Shown piece after piece: positions 1-12,520 of a DNA stretch of 64,000 bases (positions are counted from its first letter, which is position 1; each line of letters begins with the position of its first letter). The notes below the pieces were generated by a model. That model worked only from the letters and a program-made list of their open reading frames with translations. It did not search any database and had not been told where the DNA came from. The DNA is from Octopus sinensis. Its lineage: Eukaryota. The stretch covers positions 63,190,464-63,254,463 of the forward strand of contig NC_043011.1 in NCBI RefSeq assembly GCF_006345805.1. The letters are read 5' to 3'. The position numbers and the translations under genes are program-made.

Positions 1-114
1 AACTGCAGAGAATTTCGATTTTAGATAAAGTCGAATATGTTCTCAGTGAATTCGTCAAGACTAGCAGTTCGTATGAAAATCTTTGTTATTATATATTGGT
101 TTAACATTTCAAGT

Positions 115-183
115 CGTACTTATTTGATCGAACCCGAAGGGACGAAAGGCAAAATCGACCTCAGTAGAATTTGAATTCAGAAC
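115..183 (-). mobile_element. SINE fragment (same family as 16791-17003)
   Basis: The reverse complement resembles GTTCTGAGTTCAAATTCCGCCGAGGTCGACTTTGC...CGATAAATTAAGTAC of the 16.8 kb copy. Confidence 0.65.
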
Positions 184-638
184 ATGGTGATGGTGAGATT
201 TTCGCAGCTCGCCTCCTCTCTTGGTGTTATTATATCGTATTATATCTTTTAAACATCTAAAGAGTGTTTATTTATTTACATCTATGTGTATCTGCAATAT
301 AGTAAAGTTGTAGGCAGATATTAATTTCAGAAGTGAACCTCATAATGTGGGTTTGGTGTTGGTTCTGTACTTCTATTAAAGATGATGTAACCTAAAATTT
401 GTGTGCAGCTGCACTCTTTGATATCGAGAGAGAGAAAGAGGTGAGAGAGAGAGAGAGAGAGAGAGCATTTCTATGGAAAAGAAATGCTGAACCTGGTGTC
501 ATGTGAGCGTGTGCTTCTATGTTTGCGTTATCGTTTCAATCATTAAAGTCTTTCAAGATGTTGATGAATCTCTTACTTCTCTCAGTATCTTTTACAGTTC
601 TCTGCTAAACAGTTTCTCGTATTTGTTTTCAGAATATC

Positions 639-1252
639 CATCATCATCCTCCTCATCATCATCGTTTAACGTCCGTTCTCCATGCTAGCATGGGTTGGAC
701 GGTTCGACCGGGGATCTGGGAAGCCAGAAGGCTGCACCAGGCTCCAGTCTGATTTGGCAGTGTTTCTACAGCTGGATGCCCTTCCTAACGCCAACCACTC
801 CGTGAGTGTAGTGGGTGCCTTTTACGTGCCACCTGCACAGGTGCCAGGCGAGGCTGGCAACGGCCACGGTCGGATTGGTGCTTTTTACGTACCACCGGCA
901 CGGAAGCCAGTCGAGGCGACGCTGGCATCGGCCACGATTCGGATAGCGCTTTTTACGTACCACCAGTCCAGGGGTCCTGGCAACTGCCGGGTGCCAGTCA
1001 TAGGATTGGTTCAATTTCGATTCCGATTTCGATTTCACTTGCCCTAACAGGTCTTCCCAAGCAGAGAAGGGGGGTTAGCATGGGTGCCTGTCGTCGGATG
1101 AGGTTCGATTTCGACTTCGCTTGCCTCAACAGGTATTTGTGTGTCCAAGGGAGGAAAGACATGCATAAGTGGTCTGGGCTCACTTGTCCTGTCTGGTCTT
1201 CTCACGCACAGCATATTTCCAACGGTCTCGGTCGCTGGTCATTGCCTCGGTG
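639..1252 (-). mobile_element. 3' end of an RTE-type LINE (ORF C-terminus, 3' UTR, (GAT)n tail)
   Basis: The minus strand reads TEAMTSDRDRWKYAVREKTRQDK*, an RTE-like ORF end. The GCTGGATGCCCTTCCTAACGCCAACC motif, short internal repeats (TTTTACGTRCCACC) and a (CAT)n terminus at about 640 follow. Confidence 0.65.
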
Positions 1253-2607
1253 TTATATAATTTTCGATCGATGGCAACTTTTTGACTACACTGGACGATT
1301 TGTCCTAAAACGATGATTCAACCATGATATCTTTAACATTCTCAGTTCTATCATTATAAATATTGCTAGTCATTTCAAATAACAAATTCACTGAAGGCAT
1401 TAGAGTAATACCATGCAGCAAGTTATTCCACTGCTCATGAGTTTCATTAGAATTGATATTGAACCTAGTTTCACTGGAATATTTCCTACTTCCGTGTGAT
1501 CACGTCGATTGATAGTAATTGATAGCGGTTCGGTGTAAAGTGCTACATTAATGGGCAAAAGAATTCAGTACATTCTCTGTAATGATAAAACTACCTAGAT
1601 ATACACACATAATCATTCGAATGATGTGCGTAAAATATAAACGCGTACAGCAACATGTATGATATAATACATACGAATTACTAGCATAAATTATAGAAGG
1701 CAGTGCTACAGTGTCTGAATTGCTATTGCAACTGAGAAACACAAAAGGTATTATTTCCCAAGGTATACTCCTAATTACGATGTGAATAGATTAACTCAGA
1801 CACACACCTACACACAGCATTATAACTGCTTATATAGTGAGTTTCTGCACACGCTTTTAACTATAGGAATGTGTCTACTTAATCCATATATTGAGCAAAC
1901 AAATCTTGGAAGACCTGACAATAGGTCAGGTGCGTAATCGATTCTTGTATCAATAGATTTGTAAAATGTACAGTGGAGGGGCATTTAGTAATTTGATAAG
2001 GGCTGCAGTGTCAGCATAAAATAAATAGTCGTACACAAGCACATATATAAACAGCAACATACTTACATACACACAATCACACACGCACATATGTATATAC
2101 GATTTGCGTGTGTGTGTATGTGTTTGAGTACAGTACAGAAAATCCGATCAGGTTCAAAGCACATCAGTACTTCAAATTCCAAAACAAATTAGTGTTTCCT
2201 AAAAGCTTTCTCTAATTTGTTTTATAAGAATGATTTTGCTATCGAAACTGAAAGCCTTTTTCTGTTGTCGGGATTTTCAAACGATAGAAACCTATTTAAG
2301 AGCCAGCAAACTACGTTTTATATCATACAATAGTCATCAATATATTTTATATCGATGTTTGAAAACGAAGCTCTGTATAGTAATGCATTTGGCGATTCTA
2401 CAATAAAGTTCAGATAGTCACTCATTTCAATGTGGGTACTTTTTTTCTATTACACTCATATAAAGACAAATGAAAGCCAAAGACACAAAACAATAAGGAT
2501 GTTAAAATACGTATTTTAATTAAATACTTTAATAACAATAACAGTACAAACAGCATTCTTGAATGTCGACCGGAAACTGATTTGAAAACAGAAAACTTCC
2601 AGTATTC

Positions 2608-2612
<5 letters not shown>

Positions 2613-2696
<84 letters not shown>
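2613..2696. repeat. (AT)n microsatellite
   Basis: Direct reading. Confidence 0.98.
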
Positions 2697-2700
<4 letters not shown>

Positions 2701-2849
2701 TATCCTATCTACTGTTGCTCAGATTGTTGATATCGACCGTAAATTTATTATTTCAATTTATTATTTATTATTTGTATCGCACGCATATATCACATTAATA
2801 TCCTACAAAGTCCTTACAGTGTCCTAATAGATAACTCGCTGCATATATA

Positions 2850-3804
2850 TAATGATCTATATGATGTGAGTCAATGGGCAGACAGAAACAAAATGCAACT
2901 GAATGAGGGAAAATTTGAGCTGATGCATTTTGGAAGAAATTCCTCACTAAAACAGCCATACTCTCTTCCTTCAGGGGAACCGCTCACAGCCTCTGACAAT
3001 ATCAGAGACCTGGGTGTAATTGTTGATGACGATCTCAGTTGGAGTGCACACATCAACAAGAAGGTCGATATAGCTCGTAGGATGAGTTCCTGGATCTTAA
3101 GAACTTTCCGGTCCAGAGAACACGGTGTCATCATACCACTTTTCTCCTCCTTTCTACGGCCACACTTTGAATATTGCTGCCCACTGTGGTCTCCCCATAC
3201 AAGACAAAACATCTCCAGGATTGAGTCACCCCAGAGGGCACTCACTAAACGAATTGAAGGCATGGCCGCTCTCGATTATTGGGATCGCCTTAAAGCCCTG
3301 AAACTTTACTCTCTCCAGCGTCCCCGTGAGCGGTACATCATTTGTACGATGTGGAGAATATACCGCCAACTTTGCCCAAAAGACGTTAACATTAGCTTCG
3401 AGGTTCATCCAAGACTGGGACCACGGGCCATACGTCCCCTGCCCAATTCAAGATCACAGCATACATGTACACTGCAACATAATTTCTTTTCCTCAACAGG
3501 CCCTGCCCTATTTAACATTGTCCCAAGGGAGATCAAAGAGGAAAAGGATCCCATCAACTTTAAACGGAGTCTGGATAGATTCCTTCAAAGAATACCAGAT
3601 AAGCCACCCATAATTGGATACAACTCACCCAACAAGAACTCACTACTTGAACAAAACTAGATACAACTCAGCCAACAAGAACTCACTACTTGAACAAAAC
3701 TTGACTTAAACAAAACTTGACTTAAACAGGATTCGAATAATCCTATCAGGTGGTGCTATTAAGTTAGACATGGCCTGGACCAATCTTTGGTCGAAACATA
3801 TCTA

Positions 3805-3808
<4 letters not shown>
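2850..3808 (+). mobile_element. 5'-truncated CR1/L2-superfamily LINE, RT C-terminal fragment with 3' tail
   Basis: ORF 2866..3660 contains WADRNKMQLN, RDLGVIVDDDLSWSAHI, LRPHFEYCCPLWSPH, RIESPQRALTKRI and LKLYSLQRPRERY. The tail has a stem-loop followed by GAAAC. Confidence 0.9.
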
Positions 3809-3898
<90 letters not shown>

Positions 3899-3945
3899 TA
3901 TCAATATATTAAATAATATATATGTATATATATAAATATATATAT

Positions 3946-3981
<36 letters not shown>

Positions 3982-4023
3982 GTATACATACACACACACA
4001 CACACATACACACACACACACAC

Positions 4024-4055
<32 letters not shown>

Positions 4056-4070
4056 ATGTATACGTATATG

Positions 4071-4114
<44 letters not shown>

Positions 4115-4134
4115 TATTATTTAATATATTGATA

Positions 4135-4190
<56 letters not shown>

Positions 4191-4192
4191 TA

Positions 4193-4254
<62 letters not shown>

Positions 4255-4262
4255 GATATATA
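3809..4262. repeat. Compound (AT)n/(AC)n/(GT)n microsatellite
   Basis: Direct reading. It generates the YIYI ORFs. Confidence 0.97.
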
Positions 4263-5079
4263 TAATGTCACTTCACACCGTGAGTTGAGATTCCTCCACG
4301 GTCAACCTGAACATTAAAGCCCATAAAATACTGGGATCACTTGTATCTACAATTCTTCATTCCTTTCACATGAAAGCTCTGCACCTTTATTGGAAACACA
4401 TTTGAGAGCATTTTTGTAGTTATGATATTATCGTGACGTCAGTGGCAGGTGTGAAATCTCGTTGGCTATTGATTACTATGTGGGAAATAGGTTCATAAGG
4501 TAGTGGGTTCGATTACTGTATGGTGTGTCGCATTCTTTCTTCGATTAAAGCACACCGTTTCAGGTGACTTCTGTGTACTTATTAGAAACAATTAATAGCA
4601 GCCAACTTCCTGTCGAGCCCTTTTCCTTCTACTTCACCCCTCCTCGTTACCCCGCTTGGGCAAAAGAGCGGCGACGGAGCTTTACTTTCATGTCTTCTTT
4701 TGACTATATTTGCTCACCTAAAAAAGTTAGCAAAGGCGTAGTCCAAATTACTAGACAATAGTTTACGAGCGATTGCTAAGCTAGACAAATAGTAGGTTTT
4801 AAGAGGCAACTTTGAAATTTGATGCAAAATCTTATAAGAATATTATTGTAGCTAAATCACTTTCCAAATACATTTATATATCAACAACCTGTAAGTAGTT
4901 ATTAAATATGTCCCATACATTTACCTTCCTACGGAAACGTAGAAAGAATATTGCACTTCTATTACACGGACAGCTCACTGACAATAAGAATAGTTTACAT
5001 TTGTACTTCATTGAAGCATAAATAATCTCATTGACACTGAAGAAATAATTCGGGAGGCAATAACTCCCTTAGTGGCAAT

Positions 5080-5420
5080 AAGTCCCTTAGTGGCTGACGA
5101 TATGTACATCTTGGATCACAAGCAGAAGTAGTGAGTGAGCATCATAACCATGAATCGGGAGGTATTGTTTGGGGTTGAATAATTCACCCCTGGAAACATG
5201 GGTACTTTGTGCATCATCCTGAAACAAACCTTACTTAGAGACCTTTTGAAAATTCAACGTGAGGAAAATTCTAATTGGGCATCACCTGCAAGATCATGCG
5301 CTGGGTGTCTTGATATATAATCGCCATCTAGCACACATAGAGCTGTGATACATGTGCCTGGTGTACCCTTATCAGACGGGTAGTCATGATGGGTATATTG
5401 GGCCATGCCTTTCTCTGTCA
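5080..5420 (+). mobile_element. Interspersed repeat; inverted homolog at 22590-22965
   Basis: Blocks GTGCCTGGTGTACCCTTATCAGACGGGTAGTCATGATGGGTAT and GAATAATTCACCYCTGGAAACATGGG are shared in opposite orientation. Confidence 0.7.
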
Positions 5421-5494
5421 CTCAATTATAGAAATGGTTTCAAATTTAAATTTTGAGATGAGATTAAGTCCATTACATTGTTTCCAGTAGTACT

Positions 5495-5630
5495 CAATTG
5501 GTACTTATTTTATCGACCCAGAAAAGATAAAAAGGCACGTTCTATCACGGCAGAATTTGAACTAAGACCGTAAAGGTGAACTAAAAGCCGCTAAGCGTTT
5601 TGTCTGGCGTGCTAAAGAATCGGCTTGCTC
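5495..5630 (-). mobile_element. Degraded SINE (16.8 kb family)
   Basis: GGTACTTATTTTATCGACCC...GGCAGAATTTGAACT matches the family core. Confidence 0.6.
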
Positions 5631-5783
5631 ACCTAATACAGCAAAGATAAACACGTCTAGAACTTACTTTACACGACGAAGACAAAATGCAGAGGTGTTC
5701 ATCTGAATGTCTTTAGAAACTTAATTTCTAAAGACAAATATTCGAATAACAACAGCCATGGCAACAGTATTTTAATTACTTAC

Positions 5784-5855
5784 CATCGTATAAATTGAAG
5801 GAAATGCTTCATTACCTTCTTTGCATTTCTTTGCACTTTTTTGACACAGCAACAT
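5784..5855 (-). pseudogene. Possible degenerate exon-2 remnant of the six-Cys family (copy D): LCQKSAKKCKEGNEAFPSIYTM
   Basis: 24 of 33 nt are identical to gene A over KECEDANKAIP. The upstream CTAAAAAT matches the gene B acceptor region, but the AG is missing. A GTAAGT donor follows. Confidence 0.35.
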
Positions 5856-6401
5856 TTAAAACATTTTTAGTTACTTTAATAACTTATTAGATTCTATATT
5901 CATGGTGAATAAAATTAAGACAATTTAACATAGGATAACGACATTTTATTGACATTTAAACGTATGATATCCGTTGAGTTCTGCAGTCGTTGAACTTGTG
6001 TCGTCAAGAGTCGTTTCTATTTTTATCTGCCTGTATATGTATAAATGCGACAGTAATGCGATTTTAAAATTGCTATCTTTTAAAGATGTCGGTGTTTAGA
6101 CTGGAGATAATTTACCATGTTATGAATCTAAAATGGATTTTCTTTAGAGGGGAATATTTTGAATTGATAATAAATAGGTCCTGTAAGAAACAACCAGTAG
6201 TAATCTCTCCGACTGGAATCAAAAATGTTACTAACTGAGAATATGGATTTCCCTGCAACATGCTAATCACTTGTCCGCATTATGGCAGCTGTTATCCCTG
6301 GAGATCGTGCTGCTGCGGCTAACTGAGGAATCTATCTCCATGACACCCTCAGGAATTTGGGACGGAAATAATAGCCGGAATGATGTCAAAGATTAGATGT
6401 A

Positions 6402-7691
6402 CGAGGGGCGTTCAATAAGTAATGCCCTGACCCACTTCCCATAGCAGTAGAGCAACGAAACTTGGCACAGGTATTAGTCTTTTTCTACATAGGAACAACC
6501 CAGAGGTACGCATTTTCCCCATCGTTTGATGCAGCTCTGGATACCGTTTTCATAGAAGACCCCAGCTTGGGCCTCCAACCACGACGTGACTTCAGAAATC
6601 AAGGCTGCATCATCTGGGAAACGCTTTCCTTTCAAAAACAACTTCATGACTGGGAAGAGGTGAAAATCAGAGGGTGCAAGGTCAGGAGAGTAGGGGGATG
6701 GGGGAAGAGTTCATAGCCGCACGCCTGTGCTTCTGATCTGGCGACACGCGAGTTGTGGACCGGAGCGTTGTCCTGCAGGAGGAGGATGCCTTTGCTGATG
6801 TTGCCCCGCCTCTTGGTTTCGATAGCTTCTCTTAATTTCCTCAAAAGTGAAACATGATAGGCTCCTGTAATTGTGGTACCCTTTGTCAGGAAATCTATCA
6901 TCACTACTCCGTCCTGGTCCCAGAAACCTGTGAGCATGACCTTGCCAGCAGAGGGCTGAACCCTTGCCTTCTTTGGAGGAGGTAAGTCATGGTGATTCCA
7001 CTGCATTGACTGGGCTTTGGTCTCTGGATCATAGAGATTGACCCAGGTCTCATCCTGTGTAATCAGTCTTTTGAAAAATTTTGACTCATCTTCTTGGCAC
7101 ATCCCTAAATTCTTGCTTCTGGAATTCTTGCGTTCTTGCTCCTGGAAAAGTGTGAGCAACCTGGAAATCCATCTGGCAGACACCTTTTGCATATGCAAAT
7201 GGTCATGAATGATAGTTTCCACAGACCAGGTACTAATCTTGACCTCATGGGCTATTTGGCGAATAGTTATGCGTCGATCCTCCAAAATGGCAGCCTCAAC
7301 TTGACGGACAGATGCCTCATCAATGGCAGAAGGGGTGCGACCAGATCTGGGAGCTATTTCCACAGAGTTCCGACCATGTTTGAATTCACCATGCCAGCGT
7401 TTTACAAGGTCATATGATGGGGCATCATCCCCATAAGTTACTTTCATTTCATTAAAAGTCTCCTGTGGTGTGCATCATTTCAAATACAAAAACCGGATCA
7501 CTGCTCGACACTCAACATGCTCCATTTCCCACTTTACTCATTTCAAACACCTGTAAATCAGAAACCACAATTAGTTCGGAGCAGTAATTTGCTACTTAAT
7601 CTATAGAGATATTAATAATTGAACATGCAAACTTTCGGCTAGATCAAACAAAGGCAAGTGGGTCAGAGGCATTACTTTTGAACGCCCCTCG
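6402..7691 (-). mobile_element. Full-length Tc1/mariner (mariner-type, DD34D) DNA transposon; transposase with 1 stop and 1 frameshift
   Basis: Terminal inverted repeats CGAGGGGCGTTCAATAAGTAATGCC / GGCATTACTTTTGAACGCCCCTCG, TA target duplication at 6400-6401 and 7692-7693, length 1290 bp. ORF 6644..7447 has ITQDETWV and LLQDNAPVH; PYSPDLAPSDFHLFP lies in a shifted frame. ATG is at 7525, with TGA at 7475-7477. Confidence 0.96.
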
Positions 7692-8745
7692 TAAGATTTA
7701 ACATGCTGCAGATCATGAATCGTTCCTGTTTCTACAGACATTTAAGTTGAAAACCTCGACATTCTTCTAAAGAAATTAAGTTTCGAAATCCATTAGGTTG
7801 AAATCCTCTGCATTATTGTCTTCGTTACGTAAAGTAAGTTCTAGACTTGTGTATCTTGAAGGAAGTTATAATCAGCTTCAAGCACGCTTATAAACTTTCA
7901 TTTATAACTTCCTCTTTTACATAATGTGACTCTTCCGTCTGTGAACGATCAATAAACACAATTATAAGCATTCTTTCGCGATGTAATATCAAATGATGGA
8001 ATCAAAAGTAGGTATATGTATGTTACAATCCATTAGGCTATTATATCATGACATCCAATCATAGGAATAACATACGTAGAGGACTAAAACGCGTTTTCAA
8101 TTAAAATGTCTAAAAATTAATCGAATTTTGTGATATATTTTGATAAAACTATTTAAAATTACTATGTAAAGTACATTACTGAGAGCCCTTCTCCTATAAT
8201 TTATACACAGATGCATAATTCTATGTAGATAATCCATAAAAATATCGACGCAACTATATTAATTGGTATTTACAATATCTAACACGACCATGATTATTAT
8301 CAGCATAAAATTAACTTCTAAATATTTCAGTATGTCGGTGTAGTGTTAAGAAAATGTATGGAAGACAAAGCACAGAATAATGAGAGACGTTTTCGCAATT
8401 ATAAAATCTATTATATGCTATAATAAAACATAACAATACATAAAACAAAAAGCTAAGTCCTAATAATATAGCTACGTTCTCCTTTTGATACAGAGAAAAA
8501 TCACGTAGCCCTTTTCATATCAATGCACCGTCTAAGACCGCCCATGCCTCTCTAATAGACACTGCCTCGTTTCTAGTAATTAAAATTAAAACCTTGCATT
8601 AAAATTTCTTTCTAATTGAGATGCAAAACACAACTTAAATTAGAACGAAATACGAAATACGTAATTCTACATTATATCAACACAAAGATGGTAAACAAAG
8701 CGATGTGTTTGTAGACATAAGACATGACAATATATTTTAAAAAAG

Positions 8746-9063
8746 ACTCCGCCGGTTACGACGACGAGGGCCCCAGCTGATACGATCAACGGAACAGCTT
8801 GCTCGTGAAATTAACGTGCAAATGGCTGAGCATTCCACAGACACGTGTACCCTTAACGTAGTTCTCGGGGATAATCAGCGTGACACAGAGAGTGACAAGG
8901 CTGACCCTTTGAAATACAAGTACAACTCATTTTTGCCAGCTGAGTGGACTGGAGCAACGTGAAATAAAGTGTCTTGCTCAAGGACACAACGCGTCGCCGG
9001 GAATCGAACTCACAACCTTACGATCATGAGCCGAATGCCCTAACCACTCAGCCACGCGCCCTC
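8746..9063 (-). mobile_element. tRNA-derived SINE
   Basis: The minus-strand head has an A box (TGGCTGAGTGG) and B box (GTTCGATTCC), followed by a non-tRNA body CTTGAGCAAGACACTTTATTTCACGTTGCTCCAGTCCACTCAGCTGG. Confidence 0.88.
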
Positions 9064-9181
9064 ACCCTGACAATATATAGAATATGAGCAAAGCAGCTAC
9101 ATATATGCTACTACCTGCACATGCATTGTTACACTATAAATGATATATGGGCATGCGCGAGCGTATGTACATGTGTATGCA

Positions 9182-9236
<55 letters not shown>

Positions 9237-9307
9237 GTGTGTGTGTGTCTGTGTGTCTATGTCTGTGTGTATGTGTGGTGTGTGTGTGTATCTATATATA
9301 TATGTGG

Positions 9308-9530
9308 AGGCGCGTGGCTAGGGTGTCAGCATCGTGATCGTAAGATTGTGGTTTCGATTCCTGGACCGGGCGACGCGTTGTGTTCTTGAGCAAAACACTT
9401 CATTTCACGTTGCTCCGGTCCACTCAGCTGGCAAAAATGAGTAACGCTGCGATAGACTGGCGTCCCGTTCAGCTGGAGAGCACATACGCCCTAGAAACCG
9501 GGAAACTGGGCCCATGAGCCGGGCCCAAGG
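9308..9530 (+). mobile_element. tRNA-derived SINE (related subfamily)
   Basis: GGCGCGTGGCT...GTTTCGATTCC...CTTGAGCAAAACACTTCATTTCACGTTGCTCC. Confidence 0.82.
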
Positions 9531-9591
9531 GCGTATTTATTACTTTCATATATATATATATATATAATTTTATTGTATCGCATTTGACTTT

Positions 9592-9647
<56 letters not shown>

Positions 9648-9821
9648 GCGTGTATGTGTACTTTCACCCGCGAATATTTATGTATTATGAATAGGTTTGT
9701 CTTCGTGGTTGGGGTTTAGCCTGTTAGAGTAAATGTGAGACAAACTTAATTTCAAAATAATAAAACACCAACTGTGAATCTTTATTATAAATGTAGAAGA
9801 TATTTCGAAATCGCGGCTTAC

Positions 9822-9858
9822 CAACAATGAGAAGAAAATTATTCAGAAAACGTTTCAT
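9822..9858 (-). CDS. Candidate first (signal-peptide-like) exon, copy D: MKRFLNNFLLIV-G, phase 1
   Basis: ATG...GTTG|GTAAGC is a strong phase-1 donor, and CTTCTCATT is shared with exon 1 of B. It is only 12 codons and lacks the -74 CAGATG motif. Confidence 0.3.
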
Positions 9859-10553
9859 GTTGCTTTATATATCGCTGCTATTATGTTATACTGTCTGGGC
9901 CAATGAGGTTTTACTTTTTTCAACATTTAATTTTGCTTGCAATAGCCGGTTGTGTTGGTTGAACTATCGTATCTCCAGCTGCTTCAGATGAAAATTGTCA
10001 AAGTATAGTACAACCGTTTAGCATTTTTCAAAAGAGCAGCAAACATCACATACGGCAGTTTTGCAAAAATATTTCTCACTGAAAATATCATATATGCACG
10101 GAGTTTCGATTTTATGCACCCAACAAAGTATTATTGTTCAGCTGAAACTGTTGCTAACGTAAAAAGAAAGCAACGTTTTGAACTTACATTAAGAATAGTT
10201 TTGCTGCTATATTGAACGTTATCTAATAATGAATGTGATTTTGGTGAACATTTGAAATAAAGTGGCTGTTCAATTTGCAGGATCCAATTTGCGTTTTCTC
10301 AGGCAGAAAAGGCTCTCCACAGGCAGTAGTCCGACAACCCAAAATGACAGGATCTATGTAAATACATATTTCTCTGACGGTATTCTTCTGGGGATAGTGT
10401 TTTGGATCCGAAATATAAGGGATTTAAAAACCTTCTTGCATTGTTAGACGCTTTCCTTATATTTCATTTCATTTATTATTCTACTTTTGTGCTTCAGTGG
10501 TTCAAACGAACTACAAGGCTCTTCATATGTGTTGCTATATATGTGTGTGTATC

Positions 10554-10588
<35 letters not shown>

Positions 10589-12479
10589 AAGTATATGAAA
10601 TATCTGTTTATCATTCTGTTTTATTTATGACACTGGAGTGGGTGAGATATTTTTATAGCTTTTCTTTCTGTTTCACTTAATGTTACTGTTGATATTAGTG
10701 CTTTTTTAGACATTTTTGCTATTTAGGTTTAACACTTGCATCGATATTAGTTTTACGAACATGCGAATAACATATGGTCTCTCTTCTATTCAATCGAATT
10801 GAAAGCAGATGTAGACATTTTCATCTGTTTTATTTTTGTTCCCGAGAGAAGCATTTTGTGGCGGGACACTTCGAACTCATCTTATTATGAGTATTCGTAA
10901 ACGTAAAGTGCTGCTATGTGTGTTGGGATAAGTATGTGTGTGTGTGTATAATTCTGTGCTCATGCTGCTGATTGAGTTTTATAGGAGGTGGGATCTACTG
11001 CTATTTTGGTTCTTTCTATTTCGTGCCTGAAACCTAGCCATTCGTATATTGGGGTTCTTATATAATTCTAATAGATTTTGAAAGCTTTTCTTGTAGATTA
11101 TTCTATCACTATTGTTGTTGGTAAAATCTAACGCTCACCATCAACGCTGAAATTGTAATGTTGTTCCGTTTGGGTCATGAATATTACTAATATCTACACT
11201 CACGTTTTGCTGAAACTAAAATTCTATTTCTTGGTGCATGAGGTGTGGATGTGTGTGTATTTGTGTTTAAATATTGTTTAAATATGTATTTGTGTTTAGA
11301 TATATATGTTATATGTCGTTTACTAACGAATTAGAGAGTTAGATTCCGGGACTGGGATACATGTTGTGCTCTTGAGCTCGACACTTGGGGGCAAGTGTAG
11401 ATCGATTACATCAACTAATTTTCATCGGTCACGGAAGCGATGAAGGGCAAAGCAAAGTCAGCCTCTTTGGAACTTGAACTTAGAACGGTAAGACGGACGC
11501 AATACTGCCAACCATATATCCCAGAATGCGCACGATTCTGCCAGTTCACTGCATTATTGATAATTTGGGATTATTAAAAATGTATACAGAGTGGCACTTT
11601 TCAGCGCAGTTTTTTTCTATCAGAACTAATATAGTTATAGAGAAAAATTAATGACCTCAAACTACACATTTAATTACTCTCTTTTTTATGCATGTGAATC
11701 ATTTACTAATGCACGTTGTAATAGTTGCATTGTTGAATATTTACTCTGCCGAAATCTGGAAATAGAAAGGAAAATGTGTATTCAGACTTCTGTACTTCGT
11801 AGAATTTAACCTATATTTAAAATATTATAAATTTGATCATGTTTTGACGTTGACTGAAAACATGAAAACACTGAAAATATTATTGTCAATCATGAAGTAT
11901 TTGTGTCAATGACAACATAGCTGGGTTGTTTTCGGCATAAAGACAACAGTTATTACACATATAGATTTATTTCTTGAGTGATTTTCTAGTATATATTAAT
12001 AGGTTGTTGTTCTGGAATACATCTATAATGTGTGGTGATACAGCGATAATCATATATTAATGGAATGATAACTAATATACTACAAAAATATCACATATCT
12101 TGATATACCATTGTATATTACTGTTTCTGGAAGATTATTTTGTTTACATATCACTGGTTATTGAATAAATTTTGCATATACGTCAGAAAGAGTTTATATT
12201 TTACATAGTTTACACAATTAGTGATAATGAATAACATTTGGATTTAACATGGTGTTGCAGAGATATTGTATTGGCCAGCGATACGTTGTGTTGATACAAT
12301 AATTATATTTACATTTTTATTTAATAACGGAAGTTTTCAAATGTTATGCAGAAAACAAATCAGTGGATACATAGCGAATGTTATTCATTAATTTAGTTAA
12401 AATAACTGTTTATATGCATGAACAAAACAAAGTCAAGGCAACGACTTCATATATTTCGGTTGTGATTCTAAAAAGTATG

Positions 12480-12520
12480 TCAAGAGAGAATATCAAATTT
12501 ATGCCTGAGTTCACATATAG
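12480..12520 (-). CDS. Gene E terminal coding exon 4 (P-ICELRHKFDILS*)
   Basis: Acceptor TTATTTTCTTTCAG, phase 1 compatible with exon 3. The flank GGTTGTGATT resembles GGATGTGATG next to exon 4 of B. The alternative duplicate at 14217-14257 gives the same peptide. Confidence 0.55.

Noticed and set aside
682-1316. ORFs 682..1047, 766..1038, 998..1183, 1080..1316 and short spaced repeats at 820-970
   Set aside because: They lie in the 3' UTR of an RTE-type LINE. The repeats are degenerate internal units, not a CRISPR array, and the DNA is eukaryotic.
8990-9063. tRNA-like A and B boxes (also at 9308, 16791, 44709)
   Set aside because: No complete cloverleaf; each continues into a repeated SINE body.
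9828-9992. 54-codon plus-strand ORF with a hydrophobic start (MRRKLFRKRFMLLYISLLLCYTVWA...)
   Set aside because: It overlaps the minus-strand candidate exon, has no paralog and no other support.
11745-11755. 11-nt micro-exon-like unit with a strong acceptor
   Set aside because: It lies downstream of the gene E stop and cannot be placed in a coding model. It may be a UTR exon or chance.
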